The position numbers and the translations under genes were made by a program. From a virus, in the IMG/VR virus record IMGVR_UViG_3300031669_005140: a stretch of 64,000 nucleotides of DNA; one strand, 5' to 3'. Below the pieces are notes generated by a model. The model had not been told where the DNA came from. It was given only the letters and a program-made list of their open reading frames with translations, and did no database searches. Below are positions 1 to 10,238 of the stretch, one piece after another (within the stretch, counting starts at the first letter, position 1; the number at the start of each line of letters is the position of its first letter).

Positions 1-82
1 AAACAATACATCATTATGATGATACCTATGTATCACATATCGAGATTACCGTAGTTGTTGGTAAAAGACAAAATAATGTAAT

Positions 83-259
83 ATGAGCAAGAATGCTGGA
101 TATTTAGTTATTACTAAATCAGGTAAAGAGGGAAGAACATACCATCGTGAAAGTTTAATTAATAAAAAAACTGTGGTTCATATAACTAATGATGATGGCA
201 AAGAAACTAAAATGCTTTGTGATACTAAAACACTAAAAATTATAGGATATGTAGATTAA
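83..259 (+). CDS. small hypothetical protein (58 aa)
   Basis: ATG at 83, TAA at 257-259, read manually (MSKNAGYLVITKSGKEG...); followed by a hairpin terminator. Confidence 0.6.
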   Translation: MSKNAGYLVITKSGKEGRTYHRESLINKKTVVHITNDDGKETKMLCDTKTLKIIGYVD

Positions 260-284
260 ACATAACCTATTTGACTAATATGAT

Positions 285-312
285 CTGATGATATCAATGT
301 CATCAGGTTTTT
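285..312. terminator. intrinsic terminator between convergent genes
   Basis: CTGATGA-N8-TCATCAG hairpin followed by a T-run. Confidence 0.6.
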
Positions 313-372
313 TATAAAACGGTGCTTAAAACCCATCCCATCAGTTTTGCTGTGGGTGGGTAGTTCACTTAA

Positions 373-642
373 CTACTCGGCAAATATCTGCACAAAATAT
401 ATTTCCCTATCAATTGCCTTAGTTACTGTCATACTTATATCCATACCCCAAATAAACTTATACTTTATAAGTAACCATAGCATTCTATACGTTATTTTAA
501 AAAAATGCCTAGCCGTAGCGTTATTAATCCAAATTCCCATAATTAGTATCGGCTTCTGTACTGGTGCTACAACATACAACTTCTCAATATTCGATTCGAT
601 ATCATCAGTATCTACTACAAATAATTTTTTATCGTTCTTCAT
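373..642 (-). CDS. hypothetical protein
   Basis: ORF track; protein-like composition; same strand as 686..988. Confidence 0.6.
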   Translation of the reverse strand: MKNDKKLFVVDTDDIESNIEKLYVVAPVQKPILIMGIWINNATARHFFKITYRMLWLLIKYKFIWGMDISMTVTKAIDREIYFVQIFAE

Positions 643-685
643 ACATTTAATTTTTTACCTATTATACGAAATTCGAAAAAGATTG

Positions 686-988
686 TTACAATTTTTTAAG
701 CTCAATATCAAAAAATCTTTTATCTATGCATTTATAGTTCAGCTGCTCAACAATCTTTACATCATACCTGCTGTCAATACAGAAAAATAATACGCCAATA
801 CTCTCAGGCAAATTATCTGGATACGTCGTCGATATCTTAAAACACATTCTACCATTCTTAATCGTAGTAGTTTCCAACTCAAAATTATCTTCTGGCATTA
901 ATTCTAACGCCAATATAATATGCTGATACAGCTGAATATCCTGCTGCGCTTTTCTATATAAACTATCATTAATTTGCGTGTCTATCAC
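686..988 (-). CDS. hypothetical protein
   Basis: ORF track; Bacteroidota-like promoter motif upstream on the minus strand. Confidence 0.65.
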   Translation of the reverse strand: MIDTQINDSLYRKAQQDIQLYQHIILALELMPEDNFELETTTIKNGRMCFKISTTYPDNLPESIGVLFFCIDSRYDVKIVEQLNYKCIDKRFFDIELKKL

Positions 989-1032
989 AATCTGTCAATA
1001 TTTATACCATAAATATAAACATAATTTATCTA

Positions 1033-1120
1033 ATTTGCAAGATAAATAAATAATATCTATAACAAAAATTAATGCAGATTTGCAAGATAAATAAATAATA
1101 TCTATAACAAAAATTAATGC
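1033..1120. repeat. 43-bp direct repeat, two copies (45-bp period)
   Basis: ATTTGCAAGATAAATAAATAATATCTATAACAAAAATTAATGC at 1033-1075 and 1078-1120. Confidence 0.9.
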
Positions 1121-1363
1121 CGAACCGTATTAATTTAGTATTCTTTACTATGCAAGGACATATCTTTGAAAATTGTGCCAATTGTTGTTAAAGGTAATGC
1201 CTGACGATAATTTTTTTTTGGGAAATTTTTTAAAAACCTAGATTTTTATATAAGTTTCTATATTTCAGGAATTTAGGTAAATTATTTATGGTGGTAAAAT
1301 TTTTTTGGGAAAATTTTTTAGCACATTTGTAAGTACCTCGTGTAGCACCCCCACCGTATGAGA

Positions 1364-1407
1364 GGGGGGGGCGGGGGTGGTCTATAAGGGGGGGATACGG
1401 TAGGGGG
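1364..1407 (+). other. G-run tract (G8, G5, G7, G5), potential G-quadruplex
   Basis: Four G-runs of at least 5 within 44 nt in an otherwise AT-rich intergenic region. Confidence 0.7.
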
Positions 1408-1499
1408 TGTACTATGGTGCAAAATCGTGGCATTGCTTTAATTAAATGGTTTAGTTGGTGTAATGCTATTACTTTATACTTGGGTGCTTTAAATCAAAG

Positions 1500-1528
1500 A
1501 AAAAAGGGGTAAAATCCACCCCTTTTAA
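1500..1528. terminator. intrinsic terminator of the minus-strand gene 1553..2164
   Basis: A-run, GGGG-N9-CCCC, T-run. Confidence 0.5.
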
Positions 1529-1552
1529 ATTTTTATTCAATTGTAATAAAAG

Positions 1553-2164
1553 TTATGCAACTATGTAGGTCGTTTTTCTGAATTTAATTTTGCGTATGTT
1601 CTCAATTTTGAGTGTGCGGGGTAAAATTTCCCTACCTTCATTTACACCTTGGTTTGTTGGCTTGCTGCTATAAAAGTAGGGGCGTAACAGTTCAACAGGG
1701 ATAAAATTTAACGCAGAATCGAAGTGCAATGCTTTTAGACTTCTTTGGTACTTGTAGGCAATATACATAGCACCAGTTTCAACATGTTCAATTAATCGGC
1801 GGTTAACGTGTACGCCCTTACCGTTCCAAAGTGGTTGGACCTGAAAATTGGCCTCTTTGCCTTCCTTTTTTAGCTCGGTGTTAACTGCTTTTTGGAAATC
1901 AAAATCGATTATGCAGTTAACTGCACCCAATTTTGTTATATTGCCAAATTTTTGTTTGCCTTCCTTATTGATCTTAGGTTCACTTACATACTGAACTGTT
2001 GCAGGTTGCGCTCCAAAATTCCACGTCATAAGCATTTCAACAAGTTGTTGCCTAGAGATTTTTACGGTTGTGTTTGCTTTCATGTTGTTGGTTTTTAGTG
2101 TTAGTTTGTGTTGCGTTTTCTTAATTATACTCAGATATGTATAAAAGGTTTGTTTTTTTATCAT
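1553..2164 (-). CDS. phage hypothetical protein (probable start 2083, MKANTT)
   Basis: ORF track; no motif recognised. Confidence 0.75.
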   Translation of the reverse strand: MIKKQTFYTYLSIIKKTQHKLTLKTNNMKANTTVKISRQQLVEMLMTWNFGAQPATVQYVSEPKINKEGKQKFGNITKLGAVNCIIDFDFQKAVNTELKKEGKEANFQVQPLWNGKGVHVNRRLIEHVETGAMYIAYKYQRSLKALHFDSALNFIPVELLRPYFYSSKPTNQGVNEGREILPRTLKIENIRKIKFRKTTYIVA

Positions 2165-2348
2165 TTATTTTTGTTGGTATTGACGAACACATATAAATTG
2201 GTGATGAATGTAAAAATGGTATTATTGTAAGTAATTGATAATGAATCAAAAGTAAAATAATTTAAAAATAGTTGTAATAAAACGTAACAAAAAAAAATCT
2301 ATTCAGTAAACACAAGAAACGAAACGACAAACCAAAAAAATTACTACC

Positions 2349-3035
2349 ATGAAAGCAAATTACAACAAGTCGGAAATATTAAAAAGAGCGTGGTCCTTTT
2401 ATAAGGCAATTGACAACGAGTTAACATTTGCCGACTGTTTAAGAAAAAGTTGGCATATTGCTAAAAATGGCAATAACACAGAAACGTTCAATGAGATATA
2501 TAATAAATTTAATGGTATTATATATAGGCATATCTTGAATAAGATACATAAGTATGAAATTGCTGAAGAACTAACAACCGAGGTTTTTTTGAGGTTGGAT
2601 AAGCATTTAAAAAATTACGATGTTTACAGGGCAAAAATTAGTACATGGTTGTTTACCATTGCTAATAATATTGTGATTGATTACTATAGGGCAAATCATT
2701 CTAATATGTTTGTGAGTGTAGATAATTTTGTTGATGAAGAAGGTAGGGAATTTTTTCAAATTGCTGCACCAAGTTCATACGAAATTGAAGAAACTATGCA
2801 AACGAATGAAAATGGTAAACGTATTGCTCTGGCATTGGAAAATTTAAAGCCAATGCAAAAAAGAATTGCAGAGCTGTTTTTTCTTGATGACAGGCAATAC
2901 AATGAAATTGCCGAAATTTTAAGTATACCTATTGGAACCGTTAAGGGTAACATTAATAGGATTAGAGAAAAATTACAAGCAGAATTAAAAGAGCTGCATA
3001 CAAGCCGTATGCGTAAGCCAATTACAACCGAGTAA
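2349..3035 (+). CDS. ECF-type sigma-70 factor with an extra ~45-aa N-terminal domain
   Basis: Region 2 (AEELTTEVFLRL...ISTWLFTIANNIVIDYYR) and region 4 HTH (LKPMQKRIAELFFLDDRQYNEIAEILSIPIGTVKGNINRIREKL). Confidence 0.93.
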   Translation: MKANYNKSEILKRAWSFYKAIDNELTFADCLRKSWHIAKNGNNTETFNEIYNKFNGIIYRHILNKIHKYEIAEELTTEVFLRLDKHLKNYDVYRAKISTWLFTIANNIVIDYYRANHSNMFVSVDNFVDEEGREFFQIAAPSSYEIEETMQTNENGKRIALALENLKPMQKRIAELFFLDDRQYNEIAEILSIPIGTVKGNINRIREKLQAELKELHTSRMRKPITTE

Positions 3036-3125
3036 AAAATAATTGGACAATGTTACCATAAAATGTAACATTGTCCCTATTGTTTACGTTATAATAATAT
3101 ACAATGTTCACTAAAAATTATTACC

Positions 3126-3374
3126 ATGACAAGCAAGGAACTAAATAGGGACGTATTAAGGCTAAATAAGCAGCTTAAAGTATATTTAGCAGACAATGAT
3201 AACAATTATACTCAATATATTGAGAACGTGGCAAAAAAAGAGTTTTTTAGGCTATACCTTGCCGATGAAAAGTTTGAGTATATGAGTAAAAAAAGTGTGT
3301 TAATTATGTTAAGGTTGAATCTACGATATAGGTTTATGGCGTTGCATAGCTTTGGCATACATATTCAACTTTAA
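3126..3374 (+). CDS. hypothetical protein
   Basis: ORF track; directly after promoter 3064. Confidence 0.75.
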   Translation: MTSKELNRDVLRLNKQLKVYLADNDNNYTQYIENVAKKEFFRLYLADEKFEYMSKKSVLIMLRLNLRYRFMALHSFGIHIQL

Positions 3375-3432
3375 TCAAATTTGCATTATTTTGGCATAAT
3401 AGTTATACAATGTTCACTAAAAATTACTGACT

Positions 3433-3771
3433 ATGATTATAGGAACCGATATTAGTATAGCCGTTTGTAAAGCAGAAGGCTATTTGATGCTAAAGTTTGA
3501 CGGGCGCAAAAAGTTTACAAAGAAAAGCCGTGTTAATGTTTTTGCATACTACCCACACTATTGTAATTTGCCTAATGAATTAATCTTGGATACAATAGTA
3601 ACCTTTGCAGAATTGGAAGAAATTTACAACGCTAAAAAGGCTGAACTTGATAGATTTGCAGAAACAAACGAGGCAGTAAATTTTGAAAATCCTACAATTT
3701 ACGACTTGCTGAACCTTGCAAGCGATATTAATGCTTATTGCGGATTAGAACAAAACATTAACCTTATCTAA
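3433..3771 (+). CDS. hypothetical protein
   Basis: ORF track; leader TACAATGTTCACTAAAAATTA shared with other genes. Confidence 0.75.
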   Translation: MIIGTDISIAVCKAEGYLMLKFDGRKKFTKKSRVNVFAYYPHYCNLPNELILDTIVTFAELEEIYNAKKAELDRFAETNEAVNFENPTIYDLLNLASDINAYCGLEQNINLI

Positions 3772-3782
3772 AAATTACTACC

Positions 3783-4046
3783 ATGACAGCAACAAAAAAG
3801 AACGTAGCAACAGTAAGGCCACTATTTGAAATTGCAAACGAAATTAGTTTGGATTGGAAAAATGTATATTTTGGGGCGGTTCCTTATTTGGATGCAATGT
3901 TTATGCTAAACAGTATTAACGACAAATATGGTTTTGACAGTGCAAAAAGTATCGTATTATACTTTTTATCTAATGCAATGACTTGGAGGGGTGAAACTGC
4001 CAAAAAAATAAAGTTAGAACTAAAAAGTTTGGCAGGAATAAAGTAA
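3783..4046 (+). CDS. phage hypothetical protein
   Basis: ORF track; in operon context. Confidence 0.75.
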   Translation: MTATKKNVATVRPLFEIANEISLDWKNVYFGAVPYLDAMFMLNSINDKYGFDSAKSIVLYFLSNAMTWRGETAKKIKLELKSLAGIK

Positions 4047-4132
4047 AAATAATTGGACAATGTTGCTATAAAATGTAACATTGTTCTTATTTTTTACGTA
4101 AAATATGTATAAACCAACAAACAATAACCGTC

Positions 4133-4618
4133 ATGAAACTAGAGAGAAAAATACACGCGCTTAACGAGGTTAATAGGACAGCTAAAATCGTTTTAGACAA
4201 TGTTTTGCCTCAACTTGAAAAGTATTTAGGTCAAAAAATTTATTTGGCTGGTGGTGGTCAAGCAAGCAAGTTTACAATTACCTTTCCAGAGGTTGAATTA
4301 AACAAGTTTGAGGGCAAGGACTATGCACAAGTACATAGGTGCTATTTAGAAAAGTCATGGCATAGCATTTACCTGAGTTTTTCAGGATGTTTTAAAAATG
4401 ATGACGTAACATGTTTTTATGAAGACGTTAAAATTTGGTTAGGTGATTTAGACAATACTGGTCAGGTTTTAACAAAGGTTAGGACTGAAGCATACGAATT
4501 TGAAAACTATGAGATAGTTACAGTTCGCAGCCAAATTAAGAAAAAAGCAGAACTTGAAAACCAGTTGAGTAATTTGAAAAGTCAACTCAGAAGTTTTTCA
4601 GACGGCTACTACGAGTAA
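4133..4618 (+). CDS. hypothetical protein
   Basis: ORF track; after promoter 4074; followed by hairpin terminator 4639-4672. Confidence 0.8.
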   Translation: MKLERKIHALNEVNRTAKIVLDNVLPQLEKYLGQKIYLAGGGQASKFTITFPEVELNKFEGKDYAQVHRCYLEKSWHSIYLSFSGCFKNDDVTCFYEDVKIWLGDLDNTGQVLTKVRTEAYEFENYEIVTVRSQIKKKAELENQLSNLKSQLRSFSDGYYE

Positions 4619-4735
4619 TAAAAATGATAATATAATTAAATGCGTTTAGGTTTACTTAAGTGCATTTTTTTATGTTATATAGAACAATTTGGTTTTGGTT
4701 ACGTATTATAGGTATAACCCATTAATTATTTTGCC

Positions 4736-5068
4736 ATGAAATATTATCAAAACAATGTAACGGATGAAATTATTGGTGTTGAAAATATGCGTGAATTAAT
4801 ATCATTTCCCACGGATAGTTCAATAAATGCTGGTTATGTTGGTTATTCATATACCGTTATTTATGATATGATTTGCCCAAATAAAATACTTGGTAATGGT
4901 ATTAAAACCTATTGTATTACTTGGGCGTATTTAAAAAAGTATTATAGGAGAATTAATGCAAAAATTGCATTACAAAAATATCCAGAATTTAAACAATATC
5001 GTTTTGCTGACTTACCAATGGTTCCACAAGAAGAAAGGTTGGAAATAATGGGGCAGCAAACATTTTAA
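4736..5068 (+). CDS. hypothetical protein
   Basis: ORF track. Confidence 0.75.
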   Translation: MKYYQNNVTDEIIGVENMRELISFPTDSSINAGYVGYSYTVIYDMICPNKILGNGIKTYCITWAYLKKYYRRINAKIALQKYPEFKQYRFADLPMVPQEERLEIMGQQTF

Positions 5069-5125
5069 TTAAAATATAAACCAGAATGTAACAATGTCCT
5101 ATTAGTTTCGTATAATAGTTATACA

Positions 5126-5422
5126 ATGTTCACAAATTTTACTGCTATGAAAAATATTGATCTGAGCCAATTATCGTTAGACGAATTAAGAGAACTGAAT
5201 CATCAGGTGATGGAAGTATATTCGCTAAAGGTAAAAATGAACAGTTTGTTTAACAAAAATGCTTTGAATGTTGGCATGACTGTCAGGTATGTCGGCGGCA
5301 AAAATAAAATACAAAATGAAACATTTGTGATTGAAAAAATAATGAATGTTAATGCACGTTGCAAGAGTAATGTAACTGGAGTTAAGTGGAATATTAAATT
5401 AGCGAATCTTGAACCATGCTAA
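5126..5422 (+). CDS. hypothetical protein (probable start 5147)
   Basis: ORF track; after promoter 5087. Confidence 0.7.
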   Translation: MFTNFTAMKNIDLSQLSLDELRELNHQVMEVYSLKVKMNSLFNKNALNVGMTVRYVGGKNKIQNETFVIEKIMNVNARCKSNVTGVKWNIKLANLEPC

Positions 5423-5476
5423 TTGTAACAATGTCCTATTAGTTACGTATAATAAGCATAACCAACACTAATAGCA

Positions 5477-5872
5477 ATGGAAAATATTCGTATTGATGGC
5501 ATTGATGGTGAATTAACGCAGCAGGATATTAATGACCTTATTTCAACAGCGTTGGAAGGTGGCATTAATTATTGGTGTGGAAATGCAGAAATAAAGTATA
5601 ATGCTGATTGCACAATGTTCGGAGTTAGTGCTGAAGATGAGAGTAAAGTTGAGTTTATTTCTGATGTTGTTGGCTATGGTGGTGTGCTGATATTATTTGA
5701 TGGTGAAAGCAATGCCGAATGGGAATTGGATTTGAATAAAATGGTTAATGGAATTACAAAACACTGTAATGAAAATGGTTTAAGTATTGTCGAACTAATG
5801 GATAATTTTGATGCTGATGATGCTGATTGTATTGTACAGTATGCTGTGATGAATGAACTTGTTTTTGGATAG
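5477..5872 (+). CDS. acidic phage hypothetical protein
   Basis: ORF track; after promoter 5424. Confidence 0.8.
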   Translation: MENIRIDGIDGELTQQDINDLISTALEGGINYWCGNAEIKYNADCTMFGVSAEDESKVEFISDVVGYGGVLILFDGESNAEWELDLNKMVNGITKHCNENGLSIVELMDNFDADDADCIVQYAVMNELVFG

Positions 5873-5912
5873 TATGCTATTTAGTATTGTAAGCACATAA
5901 AATTACTGCAAA

Positions 5913-6191
5913 ATGACACAAAAGATATTAATAGTAGGTGCGGGAGATGCAAAAGACGCATTGTTACATGCCAAGTTCAAAGAAGAATATGGTAATGATA
6001 TTATTTTAGTTACCCCTGAACAAGCAAAGGAACAGGGATTGGAATTAAATGATTTTGCAAATATACCTACCATGAAGTTAACAGCACCACCAATTATTCC
6101 TATGGTGGAATTTGATGAGTATGAAACAGGCAAGGAGAAGCGTAGGAAAAGGCGTAAAGAAGAACGAAAAATAAATAAGCGTAGACAATAG
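5913..6191 (+). CDS. hypothetical protein with basic C-terminus
   Basis: ORF track. Confidence 0.7.
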   Translation: MTQKILIVGAGDAKDALLHAKFKEEYGNDIILVTPEQAKEQGLELNDFANIPTMKLTAPPIIPMVEFDEYETGKEKRRKRRKEERKINKRRQ

Positions 6192-6378
6192 TATTGTAAT
6201 AATGTCCTATTAGTTACGTATATATAACTATAATGGTTATTGGGAAAAACCACCTTATGATGAAAAGGGTAAATTAGGTTATGTGAGATAGTTCTCACAT
6301 AACTTTTTTTATTGATAATTGATTGTAACAATGTCCTATTAGTTACGTATAATAGTTATACAATGTTCACTAAAAATT

Positions 6379-6600
6379 ATGGATATGGCAAAGTATTCTA
6401 GCGCAATGAAAAAAATTGTGGATTCCAACATAGGCATTATTAGTAACATGCTAACGGCACAGTGTGAAGATTTCGCAGTAGGCTTAGGTTCTAGCGTAAT
6501 GACTGAAGAGGAGTTTGCTAACGTGGCGATTGCTAAGATAAGGCAAGTAATGCTAAAGAGGCTAATTGAGCTAAACAATTTTGGAAACCATTATGACTGA
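6379..6600 (+). CDS. hypothetical protein; 3' part tandemly duplicated
   Basis: ORF track; after promoter 6324. Confidence 0.6.
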   Translation: MDMAKYSSAMKKIVDSNIGIISNMLTAQCEDFAVGLGSSVMTEEEFANVAIAKIRQVMLKRLIELNNFGNHYD

Positions 6601-6685
6601 AGAGGAGTTTGCTAACGTGGCGATTGCTAAGATAAGGCAAGTAATGCTAAAGAGGCTAATTGAGCTAAACAGTTTTGGAAACTAT
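6499..6685 (+). repeat. 94-bp tandem duplication
   Basis: ATGACTGAAGAGGAGTTTGCTAACG... starts at 6499 and again at 6593; copy 2 has a 1-nt deletion and a few substitutions. Confidence 0.9.
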
Positions 6686-6880
6686 TACATTGAATAGATA
6701 AAGCGAAAATAAATGGACAATGTTACTGTAAAATGTAACATTGTCCCATTAGTTTTCGTTATAATAATATACAATGTTCACTAAAATAGGTTTAATTAAA
6801 ATATTATAAAAACAAAATTTGACAATTAATGTAACAAAACCAAAATAATTACGTATAAGTAAATAGAAATCACAACAGCA

Positions 6881-7093
6881 ATGTTTTATATTTGTTATTA
6901 TAAACTTTTAAAATTAAACGATATGAAACCACAGATGTTATTAAAGATGAGAATTTCCGTTGATTCATCACAGAAACAAAGATATACGGAAGAAGAAATA
7001 AATTTGGAATTTACTAAAGACAACATAGAAATTGAACGGAAATTGGTTATTAGAAAAACTGATGGTGCTGTTATGGGTGAAATCTTAGTTTAA
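6881..7093 (+). CDS. cassette-borne hypothetical protein (probable start 6923)
   Basis: ORF track. Confidence 0.6.
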   Translation: MFYICYYKLLKLNDMKPQMLLKMRISVDSSQKQRYTEEEINLEFTKDNIEIERKLVIRKTDGAVMGEILV

Positions 7094-7126
7094 TTTTATT
7101 GCTTATAACGGTTTGGCTAAAGTGCG

Positions 7127-7459
7127 TTGCCATTAAAATGCACTCAACTATCAAATTATTATGACATGAGTAAAAAGAAAAAGACTTCCGAACAAGCCGA
7201 AACTGGCAATGCAACTTTAGGTGTTGTTACCCACAGTGGTTTTGATAATCCTAAAGAAAAAGCAAAATCAATGGTGAATGACATTCAATTAAAACTTGGA
7301 TTATCGAAGGATGATGCAGTGAATGTTGCCATATACGCAATTCAGACAATGATAACCTACAATCCAATATCCACAACCACTGATGATAGAGAAAGGGAAT
7401 ATCACAAGTATTGGAAAGATGTTGAAATAGAGTTGAACGTTGCTTACCATTGTGGGTAA
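7127..7459 (+). CDS. cassette-borne hypothetical protein; start lies in the attC-like loop
   Basis: ORF track; stop TAA is the TAA of the next TAAC box. Confidence 0.7.
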   Translation: MPLKCTQLSNYYDMSKKKKTSEQAETGNATLGVVTHSGFDNPKEKAKSMVNDIQLKLGLSKDDAVNVAIYAIQTMITYNPISTTTDDREREYHKYWKDVEIELNVAYHCG

Positions 7460-7477
7460 CGGTATTGATAAACGCAG

Positions 7478-7771
7478 TTGAACACTAAATTTAATTATAT
7501 GACAGAACAACAAATAACAGATGAAGCGATAAAATACAGAACTATACAATGGAGTCCAAATAAAGACGATGATATATACTTAGACTGTGAAAACTGTGAA
7601 GAAGATTTTATTGCTGGTGCTAAATGGATGCAAGAACAATTGCGTTTATCTAATGTTAGCCAGCGAAGCGAACTGTTGTTTGCTTTTATCAAAGACTGGA
7701 AAGAGGAATTTAAAGATGAAAACTGGGATTACCTTGATTTTATGGCAGAACGTTTCTTAGGCAAACAATAG
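7478..7771 (+). CDS. cassette-borne hypothetical protein
   Basis: ORF track; spans junction GTTAGC at 7655. Confidence 0.7.
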   Translation: MNTKFNYMTEQQITDEAIKYRTIQWSPNKDDDIYLDCENCEEDFIAGAKWMQEQLRLSNVSQRSELLFAFIKDWKEEFKDENWDYLDFMAERFLGKQ

Positions 7772-7821
7772 TTGCTAACGGTCGCAGATATATTCAGTTG
7801 TTTACTTAAATTGAAACACAA

Positions 7822-8028
7822 ATGATACAAAAAGAAGATTACTTAAAAGCAAAGCAGATTGTTCAAAAATATGAAAAACAATTGAATATATCTGTTGTTA
7901 GCCACCGTTCTTGGGAATGTAATTCATGTGGCTTTAAAGATTATACAGATGCTATTAGCGAAGATGAAATTCATAGCGGATTACTTGCCTGTTCAAACTG
8001 TGGTGGTGATGAATTTCATCTTGTTTGA
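7822..8028 (+). CDS. cassette-borne small Zn-ribbon-like protein
   Basis: CxxC...CxxC (CNSC, CSNC); spans junction 7897. Confidence 0.7.
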   Translation: MIQKEDYLKAKQIVQKYEKQLNISVVSHRSWECNSCGFKDYTDAISEDEIHSGLLACSNCGGDEFHLV

Positions 8029-8147
8029 ATGGTGGCTAACGGTTGGGTATATGTGTTGTACGCCTGACCACAAACTTTAAAATAAAGTACAACACTTCAT
8101 TGGCGTATAACATATATACCTTGTTATATGCAGTTAAATAATACAGT

Positions 8148-8417
8148 ATGAAAGAATTAGTTAAAAAAGTAGATTTATTTGAAAGTATGATGTTGAAATT
8201 TGCACAAGGTAAAATGAATGAAGCAAATGATGCTTTTGCAGAACGACATGGTTACGATTTAAGAGAAACAAAAAATAATGACCATCTTAAATTTTGCCGA
8301 TGGGAAATAGAGGACGAAACTCTAATTCTTTCATACTGTGAAGTAACGCCTCACGATTGTCCTTATGGAATAGACCTTGAATATAAGTTAAGTGATTTGT
8401 CGATTAATTGCATATAA
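8148..8417 (+). CDS. cassette-borne hypothetical protein
   Basis: ORF track; stop lies in the terminal TAAC box. Confidence 0.7.
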   Translation: MKELVKKVDLFESMMLKFAQGKMNEANDAFAERHGYDLRETKNNDHLKFCRWEIEDETLILSYCEVTPHDCPYGIDLEYKLSDLSINCI

Positions 8418-8551
8418 CTCGTTTATATATACACCTTTACTTAGGAACAATGATCTGAGTATCAGTAGATTATGCCATAAAATATTTAATTGTTTTATGG
8501 TAACAATGTTCTATTAGTTTCGTATAATAGGTATAACCAACACAAACTATC

Positions 8552-8827
8552 ATGACAAAAAAGCGGGTTAAAACAGAATCAAACCAGCAAACTTATGTGG
8601 GTTGGAATGGTCATAGGATTAGAATCAATGCATTCTTTTTTGACTATAAGCAAGGGTGTGGCTATAAGTATATGCTTGCTGCAAATGTAAACGATATGAG
8701 CAAAGCAGATTTGTTTAACTTGTTTTACGATTGGGTTAGTGGTAAGACAGAGAAATTGCCTTGGTTTGTTAAAAGTAGAATTGCTGAAACCGATGAAAAG
8801 CGGTTTAAAATTTCACTTAGCATGTAA
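8552..8827 (+). CDS. hypothetical protein
   Basis: ORF track; after promoter 8499. Confidence 0.75.
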   Translation: MTKKRVKTESNQQTYVGWNGHRIRINAFFFDYKQGCGYKYMLAANVNDMSKADLFNLFYDWVSGKTEKLPWFVKSRIAETDEKRFKISLSM

Positions 8828-9092
8828 CAATTAGGTCTAGTTTTCGTATTATAAGTATGTTTAATTAATAGCAATCACGATGTATGAAGTTCATGTAAAT
8901 GGTTTTATCTGGTATGCAGATGTGCGCAACAGAGTTCTTTACGAAGATAGAGAAAAAACCAGAGGCACTCCCTTTTCTTATTTAACAAAAAATGATTTGG
9001 AACAGGTTGAAAATGAACTGAGATTTCCAAGAAGTAAAAAAGAGGATGAAGTCTAAAATAGTAACCCTAGGTCGTAACTAATCTAGGGTTAT

Positions 9093-9166
9093 TTCGTATA
9101 ATGAAATAACTTTTGTCTTATATCGCTGTCGTTGTAGTTAACCAGACTGCCGACAGCGAATTTTTT
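9093..9166 (+). repeat. 74-bp block (promoter -10, short leader, terminator hairpin), copy 1
   Basis: Identical to 10239-10312; hairpin TCGCTGTCG...CGACAGCGA followed by a T-run. Confidence 0.85.
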
Positions 9167-9226
9167 ATTTAGTTGTAACATTTTCCACGTATTTTCGTAT
9201 AATAGGTATAACCAATATTTACTACA

Positions 9227-9427
9227 ATGGGAAATGAATTTAGTGGTGCTGAACTGCAACTCCGTCGTGAAATAATGGAAGCATATACTTTTTTGAGAGA
9301 GAAAAATATGACAATTCCAAGTGAAACGCTTGACTTCATTAAAGATGCTGCACTTGAAAAACTTGAGGTTGCAATTGAAAATCGAAAAAGATGCGAGGAA
9401 TATTTAGAACTTGAAGATAATAATTAA
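9227..9427 (+). CDS. hypothetical protein
   Basis: ORF track; after promoter 9174. Confidence 0.7.
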   Translation: MGNEFSGAELQLRREIMEAYTFLREKNMTIPSETLDFIKDAALEKLEVAIENRKRCEEYLELEDNN

Positions 9428-9689
9428 TACCTTAACTAAATGGAAACCGATTTATTTGACTTAATTAAAAAAAGTTCGGACAAAATTGACACCTACTTGG
9501 GTGATGTATCAACTACGGATTTTGTTGCTGATGTAAAGAGATTAGTAACACAAAACATATCTAAAACTGCCATTGAGGATACGATTAAAAGTTTACAGTC
9601 ACTAATCTCTTAATTTAAAATAACCCTAGGTTGTAACAAATCTAGGGTTATTTCGTATCATAAATATAACCAATAAACACACAACCGTT

Positions 9690-9926
9690 ATGGATGCATA
9701 CTATTATCAAATTGTCGAATTCAATGAACTTTCTCAAAGAGAAGGTGAAATTGTTGATGAAGGTATTATTAGAAGTTCTGAAGATACCATTTATCCTGGG
9801 CAAAATGCCAACAACAGCGATTTGCCTTATGAGTGTGAAGCGCACCATTTTAAGGCTGTCGGATATAGATTAAACCTTTATTCGTTTAGTATTTCGAGAG
9901 AAGAAATTTTAGACAGAGCACTTTAA
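9690..9926 (+). CDS. hypothetical protein
   Basis: ORF track; after promoter 9632. Confidence 0.7.
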   Translation: MDAYYYQIVEFNELSQREGEIVDEGIIRSSEDTIYPGQNANNSDLPYECEAHHFKAVGYRLNLYSFSISREEILDRAL

Positions 9927-10238
9927 ATTGTAACATTTTCCACGTATTTTCGTATAATAAGTATTACAAGAAAAACTTAGAACTTAAACGATTTACAATG
10001 AAAAAAATGGCTAGTATTAGAGGTTCCCCCAAGGAGTAAAACATTTAATTTATAATTTAACTTAGCCGTATATAAAAACTATGAACGCCATGCACAGAAT
10101 TAGAGATCGAACCAACTAAGCAAACTACAAATAAGAACGAAATTTAATATAGACAATTAATAATAAGACTAATCGCCAACCCCAAGATAATTATATAGTG
10201 GGTTGGCGATTAAAGTTTTGTAACAAATTATAATTTTT

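Larger units (their letters stand above)
6877..8435 (+). mobile_element. integron-like cassette array 1 (5 cassettes, 4 attC-like hairpins)
   Basis: Start motif 6877-6905; hairpin sites 7101-7234, 7452-7663, 7774-7906, 8031-8132; terminal motif TAACTCGTTTATATATACACC at 8415-8435; cassette ends are reverse complements. Confidence 0.8.

Noticed and set aside
9100-9109. ATG-AAA-TAA minigene (also at 10247; ATG-AAG-TAA at ~25813)
   Set aside because: At 9100 and 10247 the ATG overlaps the TATAAT of the -10 box and probably lies upstream of the transcription start.
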